Source: Amoebidium appalachense (lineage: Eukaryota; Protista; Ichthyosporea). From it: a stretch of DNA of 64,000 bases. The notes under the pieces are model-generated. The model ran no database searches, was not told the origin of the DNA, and saw only the letters and a program-made list of their open reading frames with translations. A program made the position numbers and the translations under genes. The DNA is taken from NCBI GenBank assembly GCA_963693365.1, contig CAVNZM010000013.1, positions 4,244,722 to 4,308,721 on the forward strand. The letters are read 5' to 3'. Below, piece after piece: positions 28,840 through 41,990 of this stretch. Position 1 is the stretch's first letter, and every line of letters begins with the position of its first letter.

Positions 28840-30000
28840 CAACCAATCAAAAGCCTTACATTTTCTCTCTTTCTGGTAACCAACAGATACCTTGTGCACA
28901 AGGCGAGTGCTGTCATGTCTCACTTTTCTACGCTAAAAAGGTACGTGTTGAAACGATATTGCGCATTGTTGCAGCTATTGACGTAATAAACGATTTATTT
29001 ACATGAGGTTTGCCATCAGTACAAGGCAGGGGGTTCTTTTTAGCCCTCAATTGGACCAAAGAAGCACACAGACGGTGCTTCGAATTCGGCAGCTATCGGC
29101 ATTCTCAGCGTTGATTGGTTGCCCCTTACCCAAGCACTGTCCAACCAAAAATCGGCAGCGACCGGCCAAAGGCACAAGAACGTTTTGCATTATGATTGGT
29201 TGGATCTAAACCTTATGCTTTTTGCCAAATATAGCTACTTTTATTTGCCGGGCCAGCTTGCTCGACTTTCATTAATTTACATTATCCTTGGATCTCGGTG
29301 ATTGGTTGGTTTTGGAATTCAAGGAAGTCAGTGTGGCATGCGGTGAAAAGAAGTGCAAACGGCCCGCCCGGCTAATGGGTGGGTATTTTGATTGGCTATT
29401 AGCACCAAAACCAGGATTCCTATGTTGTGCTTCTTCTTAGTCGTCGATGTAGTCTCAAAAGGTTAATACTGTACCTAAACAGCCGCTACAATTGTAAAAA
29501 AAATGAATATATATATTTATCAACAGCCGTGAAAGAATATACTGTTCTTGCATACAGTTTTGGAGACAAAATAGCGTGTTTTGTGTTTCAGCGAGAACAG
29601 AGAGGCACCTTCTTTCCTCCACAACGGTTATAAGAAATCGTCACATGATTGGTCAAAAATGCAGCGGCAATACATATAATGACCTCTGGAATTCGATATT
29701 CCTCAAACTGTGTGCACCCTGATTGGGCAAAACTCACAAATCGAACGTTTCCGAAAAATGTCAACTCGGTTTTTGTCCAATGGTATTTATCATAGCGAAA
29801 ACGGATTCGCAATACCATTGGCTACACTTATTACCTTATTTGGCTCAACGGACCGCATCCCGAAAGGCCCGCGCACAAACAACCGTCTCCCATTTCAACC
29901 AACCGTTCGTTGCGTTCAAGTGATTTTCGTCCGTTTTTTACCCCTTTTCCGTTATCATTTTTTAGGGGGTTTTGGCGCGTTTTTCCAAGGTGGGTTCTTA
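28840..30000. promoter_or_regulatory. Microsatellite-free promoter-like region with clustered CCAAT boxes and an E2F-like site upstream of the SAM-ePHD gene
   Basis: CCAAT/ATTGG at ~28844, 29113, 29194, 29300, 29390, 29647, 29721; TTTTGGCGCG at ~29970. Confidence 0.4.
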
Positions 30001-30922
30001 TCACTGTTTTCTCCCTGTTATATATAAGTCCTTTTTGCCTGCTATGGGCCTAGAATTTTTCCTGGTATAGTTTGGACCGAAAGAAGACACCGACTGCTGA
30101 TAAGTGCTGTGACGGTTGGTGCTACAACTTAATGATTCTTCCTGCTAGATGTAGATGGTTGCTTTGCTCCCACATGTCAAAATCGTACACAGTGAAGAAG
30201 CTTGCTGGGCTAATACCCGACCATTCTTATTCCACCTGATACGAGAGCTTATTCCATACAGCAGGAAACGATTGGTAGTTTTTTCGAGTAGCTTGCCAAC
30301 AGCTAGAGGGACGGTTTACAAGTCGTTTCTTGGCTTGTTTTGGCTACTCACTTGTACCGGTTTTTTAAGTGTTCGCTGCAGAGGACAAAGGTTAAATCTT
30401 CAGGTTTTAAATAGCTCGTCCTAAAGTTAGTTTTCCGTGCATCGTTTTCTTCTTCATTTCGGTCGTACTACATCTAGACACAGGTACAAAAGAACTTCAG
30501 CTAAAAACGGGTGCAAGAGAACATGGCTTAGTTCCTAAGGGGTTGCACATTTACTTACTTCTATGTACGTTTGTTCACCATATATTTAGTCAGCAACCGT
30601 GTTTGGTTACTCCTTTTTATATCATCCTTTCTTTTGTTTTTCAGTCCCTTTGATGCTGTTCGAAAAGGGGGTCGACTATAATCAGTTTTGTCGGGCACAG
30701 AGAAAGAGGCGGAGTTGGGACAAGGAGCGAGGGGCACGGTAACGTTATCTGTTTGTCGTTGACACAGTTTAGTTGGTCTGCAGATTCTTTCGGTTTGCCC
30801 CTATGTGAAGTCATCCGTTACTCAAACCAAAAGTGGTGCAGCTCGGCCACGTTCTCCGTACCAGTGACAAAGTAAGCATACACCACACACTCATCACCTC
30901 TTCCATTCTTTCCAGGCACAAA

Positions 30923-33388
30923 ATGTCTGGTGTTCCAGCAGCACCACCACCACCACCCCCTGTTGGGTGGGGACTCCCTCCCTTTAACTTGGGCCAATGG
31001 CTTGCAAGCATGGACATGGCTCAGTACCAGGCTGAGTTCGAGGCCAACGGCTTTGACAGGCTGGATGCGGTATGTCCAAACATCTTTGCCCTATCCTTAT
31101 CTTTTGCTGGTTGTGTTCGTTTTGCGGTGCTATATGGTCCTTTGTGGAATGCTTTCTGTTGATGCAAGGCACACCTCAATGCTATCAACAACGTTTAGTG
31201 CACCAATTGCTTATACCTTAAAAAGCAGTTATTGTTCGTCCCAACAGTAAGCTACCAAACAACATTGGCTCCCTCAATCTTATCATTGAAGGGTGCTAGA
31301 AGTCCAACTACAGCACCAAGCTATGTGACGTGTATTCCACTTCAAATCACATGCAATCGTGGTTAGATGCCTACATGCAGCAACGAGCTATTCTACTCTA
31401 TGCCATTTCTAACAACATTGCAAATGTGCAGCTGTTTGAGATGACCACCCAAGACATGGAGGGTCTTGGTGTCAAGAAGGGCCACATCAAGGTCATTGAG
31501 GGCGCCATCAAGAACCTCCAGGCCAGTGGTGTGTTAGAACCCCCCCCCCCCCTCCCCCCCCCCTTCCCCCCCCCCCCCCAAAAAAAGAAAAAAACCCCCC
31601 CCGAAAAAAAGGACAAAAGAACAGAAGAAGCAATGAGAGTGAGTGAGAGAAAAAAGTGAAGAATGGCATCTACTTATAATGTGTTGTATTCTCTGTATTC
31701 TTTGCCATGTATTCATGATGATACAAGCCATAAATATGCTTATCCTACTCTGTGACACATCTCAACAAACAACATCTTTTCCTTTCTGTTGTCAACGCAC
31801 ATGAAAGCAAAGGGAACACACCCACCAATATATATAAAAACCCGTAGCCGGTCAAAGATCACAAATATAGAACCTGAAAACATGGATGCTTTATCGTCTG
31901 AGTGGTGCCGTCATGTAAAATCGCACACTGTCTTGTAACTTAGAGAAAACTGGGCTGTGGTAGTAAGCGGAGATTCGCAAGACTTGGGGAGGGGGAAAAA
32001 CTGCCCCCCTCCCCCCCCCCCCCCCCCCCCCCAATTCCAATATTTTCTTTGCTATACTGACATATACAGTCTCACTCAATTTACCGCAAATCACATTTTT
32101 ACGATTACCCAAATCTGTTTCCTTTTGGCCTTCTTTATAGTCCGTGTCTGCAATTTGTGGTGTCATGGCGATGCTTGCTACGATATGCACCGTTTCACCC
32201 CCATCTTTCCACGTGTTTGCCTTCTCCGTTTCTATCAACACGATGCTGACCAAACACTATTTCCCACCACCCACCCACCCACCCACCCACATCCGCCATC
32301 ACCCATCTGCAACACCAGGCCCCATGTTCCCTCCCCACCGCGGTTCGTTTATGGGACCTCCAGGTGCGCCGCCCATGCCCCTTCCTCCCCACCGCCCCTC
32401 CCTAGCCCCCATGCCTATTGCACCCCCACCACCACACGGGGGGGGTCGAAAGCGGAGACGGGGAGGAGAGTAAGGATGAGGGGAAGGCCGAAGGGCAACC
32501 TGCAAAGAAGAAGCGGAACAGAATTCCTGGGAAGGTGTCTCTTGCAAAGGGCAACATGCCTCCCATGCGCATGGTTCAGCCTATCAACATGCGTACGTGT
32601 TGTTGCCCTTCGGTCTGCACGCACACCACAGCACAGTCCCTCCTCTCCTCTCCTCTCCTCTCCTTCCACCACGCCATTCAAGTCTACTCACCAGTCTCAT
32701 GTTGTTAATAACTTCATAATCCCCCTAGTTCACCGTGAAGTTACCTTCAAGCAAGCCCCGGTTCACTATGAATTTACACTGAAATACGGGGTTATTTGTG
32801 GATGTGGGTTTGTTCAAATGTACCCTTAAAATAGACACAAGAGATAGTGTTTGACTCTCTTTCTTTATCTAGAGAATGACCTAAGTTTGATCAAGAAATG
32901 ACACGAGATCATGAATCTATACATAGGTTTGCCCCCAGCTAGCTGCATAAGGATAGCTGAGACGACATAAATAACTAGATAGTTCCATGAAATTCACCGA
33001 GGTATACTAACCCTTTTGTATACCCCACAGCCCGGCCACCCCCCTTCTACCCCTTCGCCATGCCTCTTCCCCCTGTCCAGGCCAAGCCCATCACTACCGT
33101 CGATGGAAAGCCCCTGGCCCCCAAGAAGGTAAACCCCCCCCTTCTCCTACCACACACACACACACACCTACACCCAAAAGATGGAAATCTGGACTCATGG
33201 CTTGAATGTTTGGGGTCGAATACAAGATATTTGCTCTCTTGTTTGGCAGGACACTACTCCTGTTTGGGTGCACTGTTTGTGAAAGGCATGGCAGATCAAT
33301 CGTCCTTCTTTAAGTGCATGGCCCATTTTGTCAGACGAAAATGCTGTTAGATAATGACTCTCGACACGAAAGGCTGAAAAATGCAGCT

Positions 33389-33429
<41 letters not shown>

Positions 33430-35245
33430 ACCCACCCACCCACCCACCCACCCCCACCCACCCCTCCGCCCCCTGGGGCCCACTTCAACGCTCTTCAGGC
33501 TCTACGTATTATGCATACTCTTGATGTGTGGTTTCCACTCTGCATCGTGTTGTCCGTTATCAATGTGTACTCTATGCTCTTTAACTCATTCATCCTTCAC
33601 CCCCCCCCCCCCCCCCCCCCCCCCTCCAACATGTGTTCACACACACACACACACACACCCAACAGGTTGATACCCCTGCTCCTGCCGAGCCAGTCAAGGA
33701 GAGGAAGAAGCCTGGCCGCAAGCCCAAGAAGCCTGTAGAGGCCCCCAAGGAGGATGAAAAGAACGAGGGAGAGGAGGCCAAGGAAGGTGATGAGGACAAG
33801 AAGGAGGAAGGGGCGGATACGAAGGAGGGGGAGGATGGTGTCGAGGGAGAGGTTGCGGAGAAGCCCGAGAAGAAGAGGAAGAAGGCTGACGATGGCAACG
33901 GCAAGCCGGCAAAGAAACAGAGCATCGCTGCCCCTCCCCCTGGTATGTGTGCCCCTTCCCCGCCCCGCCCCACCCCACAACCCACAACTCAGCCCATACC
34001 CTGCAGGTTTGCGATTGTGTACTTGTTTCTCTCTCTTAACACACCCCCCCCCCCCCCCCCCCCTTTCTTTTATTTCCCTCCCCCCTTTTTCTTTTTCTTA
34101 CTTTCAAGAGTACGCAGTGGGTGTAGTGCACTTTCTTTATGACCCTTTGAGTCTGACATCAGTATCATTTCTCATATTCTTTTTGAGGAAACATCAGCCG
34201 GTTTTGCATTGTAAGGCTGTTACATATCTATCCCCCCCCCCCAAAAAAAAACATACACACTTTTTCTTCTTTCAAATAACATTAGGGCCAATCTTTCGAT
34301 AATGACTGTGCCTATTGTGATCATTTTGCATATCCACAGCACGCCTTACACTCGATCCCCTTCTTTTCCTTGCCACTATCCCACATACCCATTATATCTA
34401 ACCAACACCGTTATGACACACAGCCATGCCGCAGTTCCCCTACGCCTACGCCTACCCCGGTCCCTACCCCGGCTATCCCCCCTACCCTGGCCCTCCCCCC
34501 CCTGGTGCCGAGGGCTACCCGTACCCCGGCCCTTACGGTCCCCCCGGTGGCCAGCCTATGTTCCCCATGTGGGGTCCCCCTCCAAGCTCTCAGCCCCCTC
34601 CACCCCCCGGTGGAAATGGTATGTATATCCACTCCCCTGCCCCCAACCACACACACACACACACACACACACACTCATTCGTGCATGCACACACTAACAC
34701 ATTGTTTCAATGGCCCGTCCTTTTTCTTTCCCCCGAGTGCTTTTAAAAATGGATTGTTTGGATGAAAAATCAATAAAGCGGCTGAGAAAGTAAGTCAGGA
34801 AAAGCTTACAGAAAGGCGAGTTTTCTAATTTGCGCTGCATATCGACCGAGCCCTTTCCCTTCTAATCATAGTAAAACATGACCCCTGCTTGCCACACCAC
34901 GCTGTATCTTGTACCGCACACCAATACATCAAAGCCATGGATTTATCTCCTAGCTCAAATCTCAAAATCCTGTTGTAAAGCTATCAACACCAATTGACCT
35001 AACCCCCTTTCTCCCCCTTCTTCCAGGAGCCCCCTTTGCCCCACGCATGAGTATTCCAACGCTCCCCAAGCCACCAATCAACTCCAAGGCCCCCCGCCCC
35101 ATAGCAACCCGTCCCCTTGCCGTTGCGCAGGCTTTTGGCATCCCCCCCGTACTGTTGGAGAAGAAGGAAAAGGAGGGGAGCGATGTGGAGAAACCCAAGA
35201 AAGTAACTAAGAGAAAGGCACCCGAGGTACGTGTGTGTGCATTTC

Positions 35246-35287
<42 letters not shown>

Positions 35288-36242
35288 AAAAAAAAAACAC
35301 GCGTGCACGCCAGTGTTATTATTATTTCATGTGTAAAAAGCACACTCTCTATTATTGATGATGTGGTCCTCGTTTTTTTTTTTTTTTTTTTTTTTTTCCC
35401 TTCTTTTTTTGAACCCTGCAACCCTGCCCGTCGGCTTGAATGCAATATTCCTACGTAACTTTAAAAGTTTTTCTTGTGTCTCTTTTATGCCAGTAACTGA
35501 AAAGTTACCGACATTTGATATGTACATGTGTACAATCACCAACACTCAAATCCTTTTCCCTTTCTCCATTTTTCCATCCACAGGAGAAAGAGCGTGAAGC
35601 CGCCGAAAAAGAAGCACGCAAGGAAGCCCGTGCAGCCGCCCAAGAACGCAAAAAAGCAGAACGCGCCGCACGCAAATCAGAGAAAGCAAAGGACAAGGCG
35701 GCAAAAGCGGTGAAAGCTGCGGAATCCGAAGCGGAAAAGATCGACTCTGCACCCATGCCCGTAGTGAGCGAGGGGGAACAAGAAGCGCCCAAACAGGAAC
35801 ATGTGGAGGATGTTGCGGTTGAGGAGGTGAAGGAGACGAAGAAGGGCGGGAAAAAGAGGAAGAATGCGGTAAGTTGTACAATCCCCCCCCCCCCCCCCCC
35901 CCCTTTTTTTGCCTCCGTTTTCTCACTTCCCCCCCCCCCCCCCCCCCCCCCCTGTTGGGTGGCAATTGCTCTTGCATGTGGTGCTTGGATGAACCGGCTA
36001 GTAAACCGTTGCTCGCTTCTCTGTAGCACATGCGCACTTGGATTGGTTAGCACGTGCCGTTCTTTGCATTCTCATAATGTTGTTATTATGCATAATTGCG
36101 TTAAGGTCGTATAAAGCTAGAGATGTTTGTCGATTATAGTGTGGTCTATAGGTTTTTAAGAGGGGAGGGGTTCGAATCCAACGGCTCTCGATGGTTTAAC
36201 AAGAAGTGTTTGCATGCAGACATCGGTGCTAACACTTTTTCC

Positions 36243-36283
<41 letters not shown>

Positions 36284-36335
36284 TTTCCCCCTCTTCCTCT
36301 TTCTCTTTCTCTCTCCTCCTCCACCTTCCCCCCCC

Positions 36336-36383
<48 letters not shown>

Positions 36384-37782
36384 CATTTCGAGCAGGAGGG
36401 TGAGGGTGCGGAGCCAGCGGCCAAGAAGGGCCGTGGCAGCAGGAAGGCAGCAGCCAAGCCCGAGGATGATGAGGACGATAAGCCCCTCAAGACTACGGCC
36501 AAGGCCGATAAGGAGGACCCCGGTAATGGTGCTCCCTCGGTCTAATCACATGTGCTTATGCATGTAGTGGTGGAACAATGATGGGTGCATGCATTACGTT
36601 TGGTTGGGGTGCAACTCTTACCGTTACTGGTGAGCACACTTTGTCTATGTACAAATGCTTGTGTTGGTGATCCACCTTACAAGCGCATGTGTCACTTCAC
36701 GTCACCCTCTATCTAATCACAAATGCGTGGTGTGTGTAGTTGTAATAAATGCATGTTAAAGATGTTGGCATCATGGTTCACTTCCGTCTGTGTTTGGGTG
36801 TGTGTGTGTGTGTGTGTGTGTGTGAAAAGGTCTCTCCACAAAACAGCTCTCTTGTTCTCTTCGCAAGCACACGACTTCTCGCTTGCCTATGTGTCTAGGG
36901 GGAGGGTTGGGGGGGGGGGGGGAGAGAGAGAGAGAGAGAGAGAGCGAGAAGGAAGTTTCATGGACGCTCACATGCACACACTTTTTTGTACTGCTCGTTT
37001 TGTGCTTATTCTTGTCGAGCCCGTGTGTTTGTTGTGTTTTTGGTTAAGTTAGTGTATAGTACTTAATCCACAACAGGATTCTAGGTTGGTCAATCTTACA
37101 TTTTGGGTGTTTTTTGTCATGCTCATGAACCTATAGTTTGTATGTATTGTATCGGATAGTGAGGTTTTTAATGCGCTTGTCAAAATACCGCAGTGCGTGT
37201 ATTATGAAGATAGTGTTAATACTTTTAATGCCGCCAATAATGTGGGGTTTTTTAATCACCACTTAGCCCAATGCGGCAAAAATAAACACCCGCACATACT
37301 CTGAAGTCTCTGTTGCTAACCATCAGCCTTCCCCCCACCCCCCCAAAAAACACACACACGCACACCTCTAGTCAATCTCCCACCTACATTCCCTCTCCAA
37401 ACACTATCCCATTCAACCCACCACCACCCCACACACACTATCTCTCTAAAATCCCCCCCTCCACCCCCTCCTACACACACACACACACACAGATGCAGTG
37501 GAGGAAGCCAAGGAGGAGGGAGGGGAGGACGTAGTGTGCTCTCTGTGTGGAATTGGAGAGGATGACCCTGAGTTGGGTGAGCTCGATGGACCCCATGGCT
37601 TCGACAAGGAGAAGCAGGAAATTTGGTACGCACATTGAAATCCCCCCTTCCCCCCCACAAAAAAAAAAAAACACGCACATGCACATGCCCTGATTTATGT
37701 TTCCTCTATATTGCTCCTTTGTTCCGAAGCTTTATGCAGACACGATGTGCCGTTTCAGCAAGGCTGACATCTGGGTGTGCCT

Positions 37783-37817
<35 letters not shown>

Positions 37818-39432
37818 ACATCAATGTGGTTGTGAAAAGTGAGTTCCGTGGCGTGTTTCTTTCATCCACTGCACCCAGCACTTCTCCTGCCACCATGTTT
37901 CCTTCAACTCCCTTAACGGATACCCCCCCCCACCCACCCACCCACCCACTCACCCACCCCCCCTCAACCAATCAGGGTGCACGAGGACTGCGCCATGTGG
38001 AGCCCCGAGTTCTACATTGACCCGGAAAAGGGTGAGCCCATGGGCCTGGACAAGATTGTAAACCGCGGAAGGAGTCTGGTATAAATCCCCCCCAAAAAAA
38101 CACACTCACACACATAGAGAGAGAGAGAGAGAGAAACACGGCTACCGCCATCCCTTCCACTACTCGCTGCCACCTCTTAAAAAACCTATGGCTTGATATC
38201 TTTCCTCTTATCTTTCCACATTTCCCCCCCCCCCCCCCCCCCCCTCTCCTGGCTAGACTTGCAAAAAGTTTCTTCGAGCTATGTGGTTCTGAAGATGTTT
38301 GTTGTTCATTTCTCAGCAGCATGTAGTTGGATTTGCCTTCTATGCATCACCTGACCACTCCCCCCCCCCCCCCCCCCCCCCCCGGCGCCTGCGCACACAC
38401 ACCCACACACACCCACACACGCACAGCGCTGCTCCCACTGCCGGCAGCCCGGTGCCACTATTGGCTGCAAGGAGCCTGCCTGCCGCCGCACATTTCACTT
38501 CAAGTGCATCGTGCCCTCAGGTACTACCTCCCCCCCCCCCCCCCCCCCCCCAGTCTGTGTTAGCAACACGTGGTGCTTCTCATTATGCGTACACACGCAC
38601 GTTCTTTTCTAGTGTGCTGTATGTGAGTCGTTTTGGGACACACTGGCTTTGGGGGTCACGAGTCAAGCACGTGAGGTGAAACTGGCATATGCGCTTGAAT
38701 GAAGAACAGAGGCGGCGCGTGGGGGGGGTGGGGGGGTGATGATGGGGTAATTCATGTGTGTGTTTGTGTGTGCGTGCACAGTGCTGACTGTCTTGTTTCT
38801 GGTTGGGTGCAGGTGGGACCAAGCGGGAAGAGGACTACTTTGTCTACTGCAGCGAGCACAAGGTGATACCACCCTGCCCCCTGTACCCCCCCCCCCCCCC
38901 CCCAAAAAAAAAAAAAAAAAAAAAACAAACAAAAACACTGACACCCACATGCTCTCTCTTTCACCTCCGGTTGTCATTTTTTCCCTTTTACGCGTTTGTT
39001 GTTCTCTTTATTTGCCTTAAAGGCAAGAGGGAGGGGGGGGGGGAGGAGGAGGGGAATTCAGTATGAATCGTGGAGTGGTGTCTGGGATACACAAATGATG
39101 GGTAACAAGGTGTCCATGAGCCATGTCCAACCTCTTCCTCGAACGAACCCCTATATTGTGTTTGCTCTGAGGCACATGTTTTCTCTTTCCCCACTTTTCT
39201 TTTTGGGGGCTCGTGTATCTGTGTGTGTTTGCTAACGGCTTGCTGTGGCTACAGGAGTCGATGAACAAACCCAAGGATGCTGCCACGGGCAAAAAGTCGG
39301 CAAGGTCGTCGGCAAAGGTACCATCCATGCATTCCCCCCCCCTCTTCCCCAGCCCACACCACGCATGAATGTGTATATGCACACTTGGGCGTTATGTTTG
39401 CACAAGTTGTGGTGGAGGGTGGAGGGGCTTGT

Positions 39433-39487
<55 letters not shown>

Positions 39488-39768
39488 GGGGGGTTTGAGA
39501 GAAACAAGCGTCTGGTGGGTCTTTCTCTCCCTCTTTGTGTGTGCGTGTGTATGTGCACCCAAGGGATGCTAACTTTCTCACCGTGCACCAGCAATCATCC
39601 AAGACTGCACCACAAGCCGCCAAGACAAGTTCCCCTGCCCCAGCCAAATCCCCCGCCCCAAAGAGAAAAGCATCAGCAGCCGCTGTCGCAGCCTCCCCTG
39701 CCCCAGTCCCCGCTCGAAAGGGGTCTCTTAGGTCTGCTGATCGCAAACCACGCAACGCTAAGAAGTGA
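30923..39768 (+). CDS. SAM-domain + extended PHD finger (zf-HC5HC2H) nuclear protein, ~772 aa, 15 coding exons; one apparent +1 frameshift in a G8 run (32438-32445)
   Basis: Exons 30923-31069, 31432-31528, 32319-32592, 33031-33128, 33666-33942, 34424-34618, 35027-35226, 35584-35868, 36396-36522, 37493-37625, 37976-38078, 38427-38520, 38813-38862, 39255-39317, 39592-39768; all GT/AG and phase-consistent after removing one G. SAM: LGQWLASMDMAQYQAEFEANGFDRLDA|LFEMTTQDMEGLGVKKGHIKVIEGAIKNL. ePHD: CSLC...W|VHEDCAMWSPE...RGRSL|RCSHCRQPGATIGCKEPACRRTFHFKC...VYCSEH. Confidence 0.85.
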
Positions 39769-41660
39769 GAGAGGGAAGGATGTAGGTAGCGGGGTGTTTT
39801 TGGGGATGTGGCTGTGAGGTGAAGGGGTTGCGGTTGGTAGGTGGGTGTGTTGGGGGATAGGTCTTTGTGTGCGGTGTTGTCTGTAGTACTTGGTTGTCCG
39901 CGCTTTTGGAATATATTTTTGGATTGTCCGTCAGATTTACCCGTGTTTTTTGCTATTTAGCCGTTGTCATAGAGGTTGTTATATTCGCTCCCACTACAAC
40001 TACATTTATATGCCAGAATCAATTTAAGACTTATACCAAGCAGTTCACACGCTTTTATTTTCCGATAATAGATTTGGCCATATCTGCATCATACTATATC
40101 CCATCTATATCCCATTTTTTTCCGGTATTTTTGCTTTGCAATATCTGGTTGCTGCCGCCGTTGTTTCCTCCATATGAGTGGGTGGCATTGGATTTTACTT
40201 AGGAAATCCTCTCCGGTTTTTCGGTTTTACCTCCCGCCAGTGCGTCTTTAGGCGCGCCCGGGCGAGTCCGTCGTGTGATTCGCCCAGTGAGTGGGCACAT
40301 AGTGTGTTATCGCAGGTGTTGCTGCTGTATATTGCGGCACGTTTGTGCAATAAAGTTGGCACCGTGAAGATACAAGCGCATAGTGGTGACTGTGGCGAAC
40401 TTCCTCTCTTCCCCCCGCTCCCCCCCCCCCCCCCCCCAAAAGAAAAAAAAAAAAAAACATGCGCAGCACCAGCACAGCCGACGGTTGCAGTGCACGTTAG
40501 AGTTTTGTGTGCGCATAACTTGGTCCGCGTACTACTATAAATTATTTTAAAACGTAGCATCATGTGCACGTACGTGTGCGTGTGGGGGGGGGGGGGGGGC
40601 AACCACGTGACGCTTTGCCATACGTGCACACATAATGCACGCCTCAGCCAAATATACCTGCAGCTGCACGTTCGAGGTGTTACTCTTGTTCTCAGAAGGT
40701 GTGCGAATCTCACGCGAACACAAACGCATGCTTATCATCGCGGTCTAGCTAGCACTGCATGCGCATGCCAGATTGCCTTTGTACGATTATAAGGGAACCG
40801 TGAACATTTACATGCACGATGATCCACGTGCACCCCAGTCATTCAATTGAAGACACAAGACCTACAATTCTAAAACTCGCGAGCTCGACGATCGCCCGTA
40901 CGTATATACATGTACATATGGCATCGCTTCCTTTCTGGTGATCACACTGTGCCACAGTGGTTGTGGTTTGCCATTTAAGCGTGTCTGCAATTGGAAGGAA
41001 CGACGCCTTCACTCACGCAACCTGCTGTTTGCAATTGAGTGTAAGTTATTCGCTTGCTGATGACAGAGTCTTGTTCGATACCGTGGCCACGGGATGTGTG
41101 TGTATGTGGCACCACACACGCCGTCGGGCGATGGCGTGAGTTGAAGTTGGCCCTGACCGATTGTTTCCAGGTCACGGTGATGGATGGTGCACTTGAGGGC
41201 ATGTTGGCTGGTATGTCCGAGTCGAGTTCTGACAGTCAATTGTCTAATAGGTGGACATGTGCAAATATATGTCAACGTAAACACGCCGAAGGTCTTTATG
41301 TTTCTATGTGCGCATGGTATCCCCATGTGGTATTCGAGTTCACATATATATATGCACATTGCAAACTTCGCGGCGTTTCACCAGGTTGCAATTGCACTCT
41401 TGTGCATTCTTTCTCTTGTGCATCCGCAAATCTCACATGACGCTAGGTGGAGTAAGGAAACAGCTTGAGCCGTCGGAACAGTCAATGCTGTGCAACCTCG
41501 AGATCTAGATATTCGAAGAACTCGGACCCTGCACATCATAGCGCATGTGCTGGATGGCATGCCGCAAGAAGATGATGTTCACGTGCACATGTAGAAACCC
41601 AGGCGTTTGGTGTGTTCCAAGCAGTGCACTCCCGCCTGCCCACCGTACCCATAGAACCTT

Positions 41661-41742
41661 GATTGGGGCACCGGCCGGCTTTTTTTTTAGGTGTGCCGGT
41701 GTTTTTGCTGATTCGCTGGAGATTTTCGCGCCAAAATTCAAA
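41661..41742 (+). promoter_or_regulatory. CCAAT + overlapping E2F site + CHR-like motif (CDE/CHR arrangement) upstream of UBE2S
   Basis: GATTGG at 41661-41666; TTTTCGCGCC-AAAA-TTCAAA at 41723-41742, about 250 bp upstream of ATG 41991. Confidence 0.55.
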
Positions 41743-41990
41743 CGGTCGCACACCGTACACAACGTTTCACCGTGCGCATATTTCCACACCGTGTTCCGTG
41801 CCACCTACAATGTTGTATGTAACAGACTGAATAAGAAAACGAAGTGTTTTTCGTGCTAAAGAAAACTCTATCTGTATTATATGCACTTCTTTCTGTAATT
41901 TCACAGAGTGCTGCAGGGTCTTTGCTATCCAGCCTCGCCATAACCATTTGTGTTCAAAGCAACAGCGCACTCAGCGAAAAAACGACTAAA

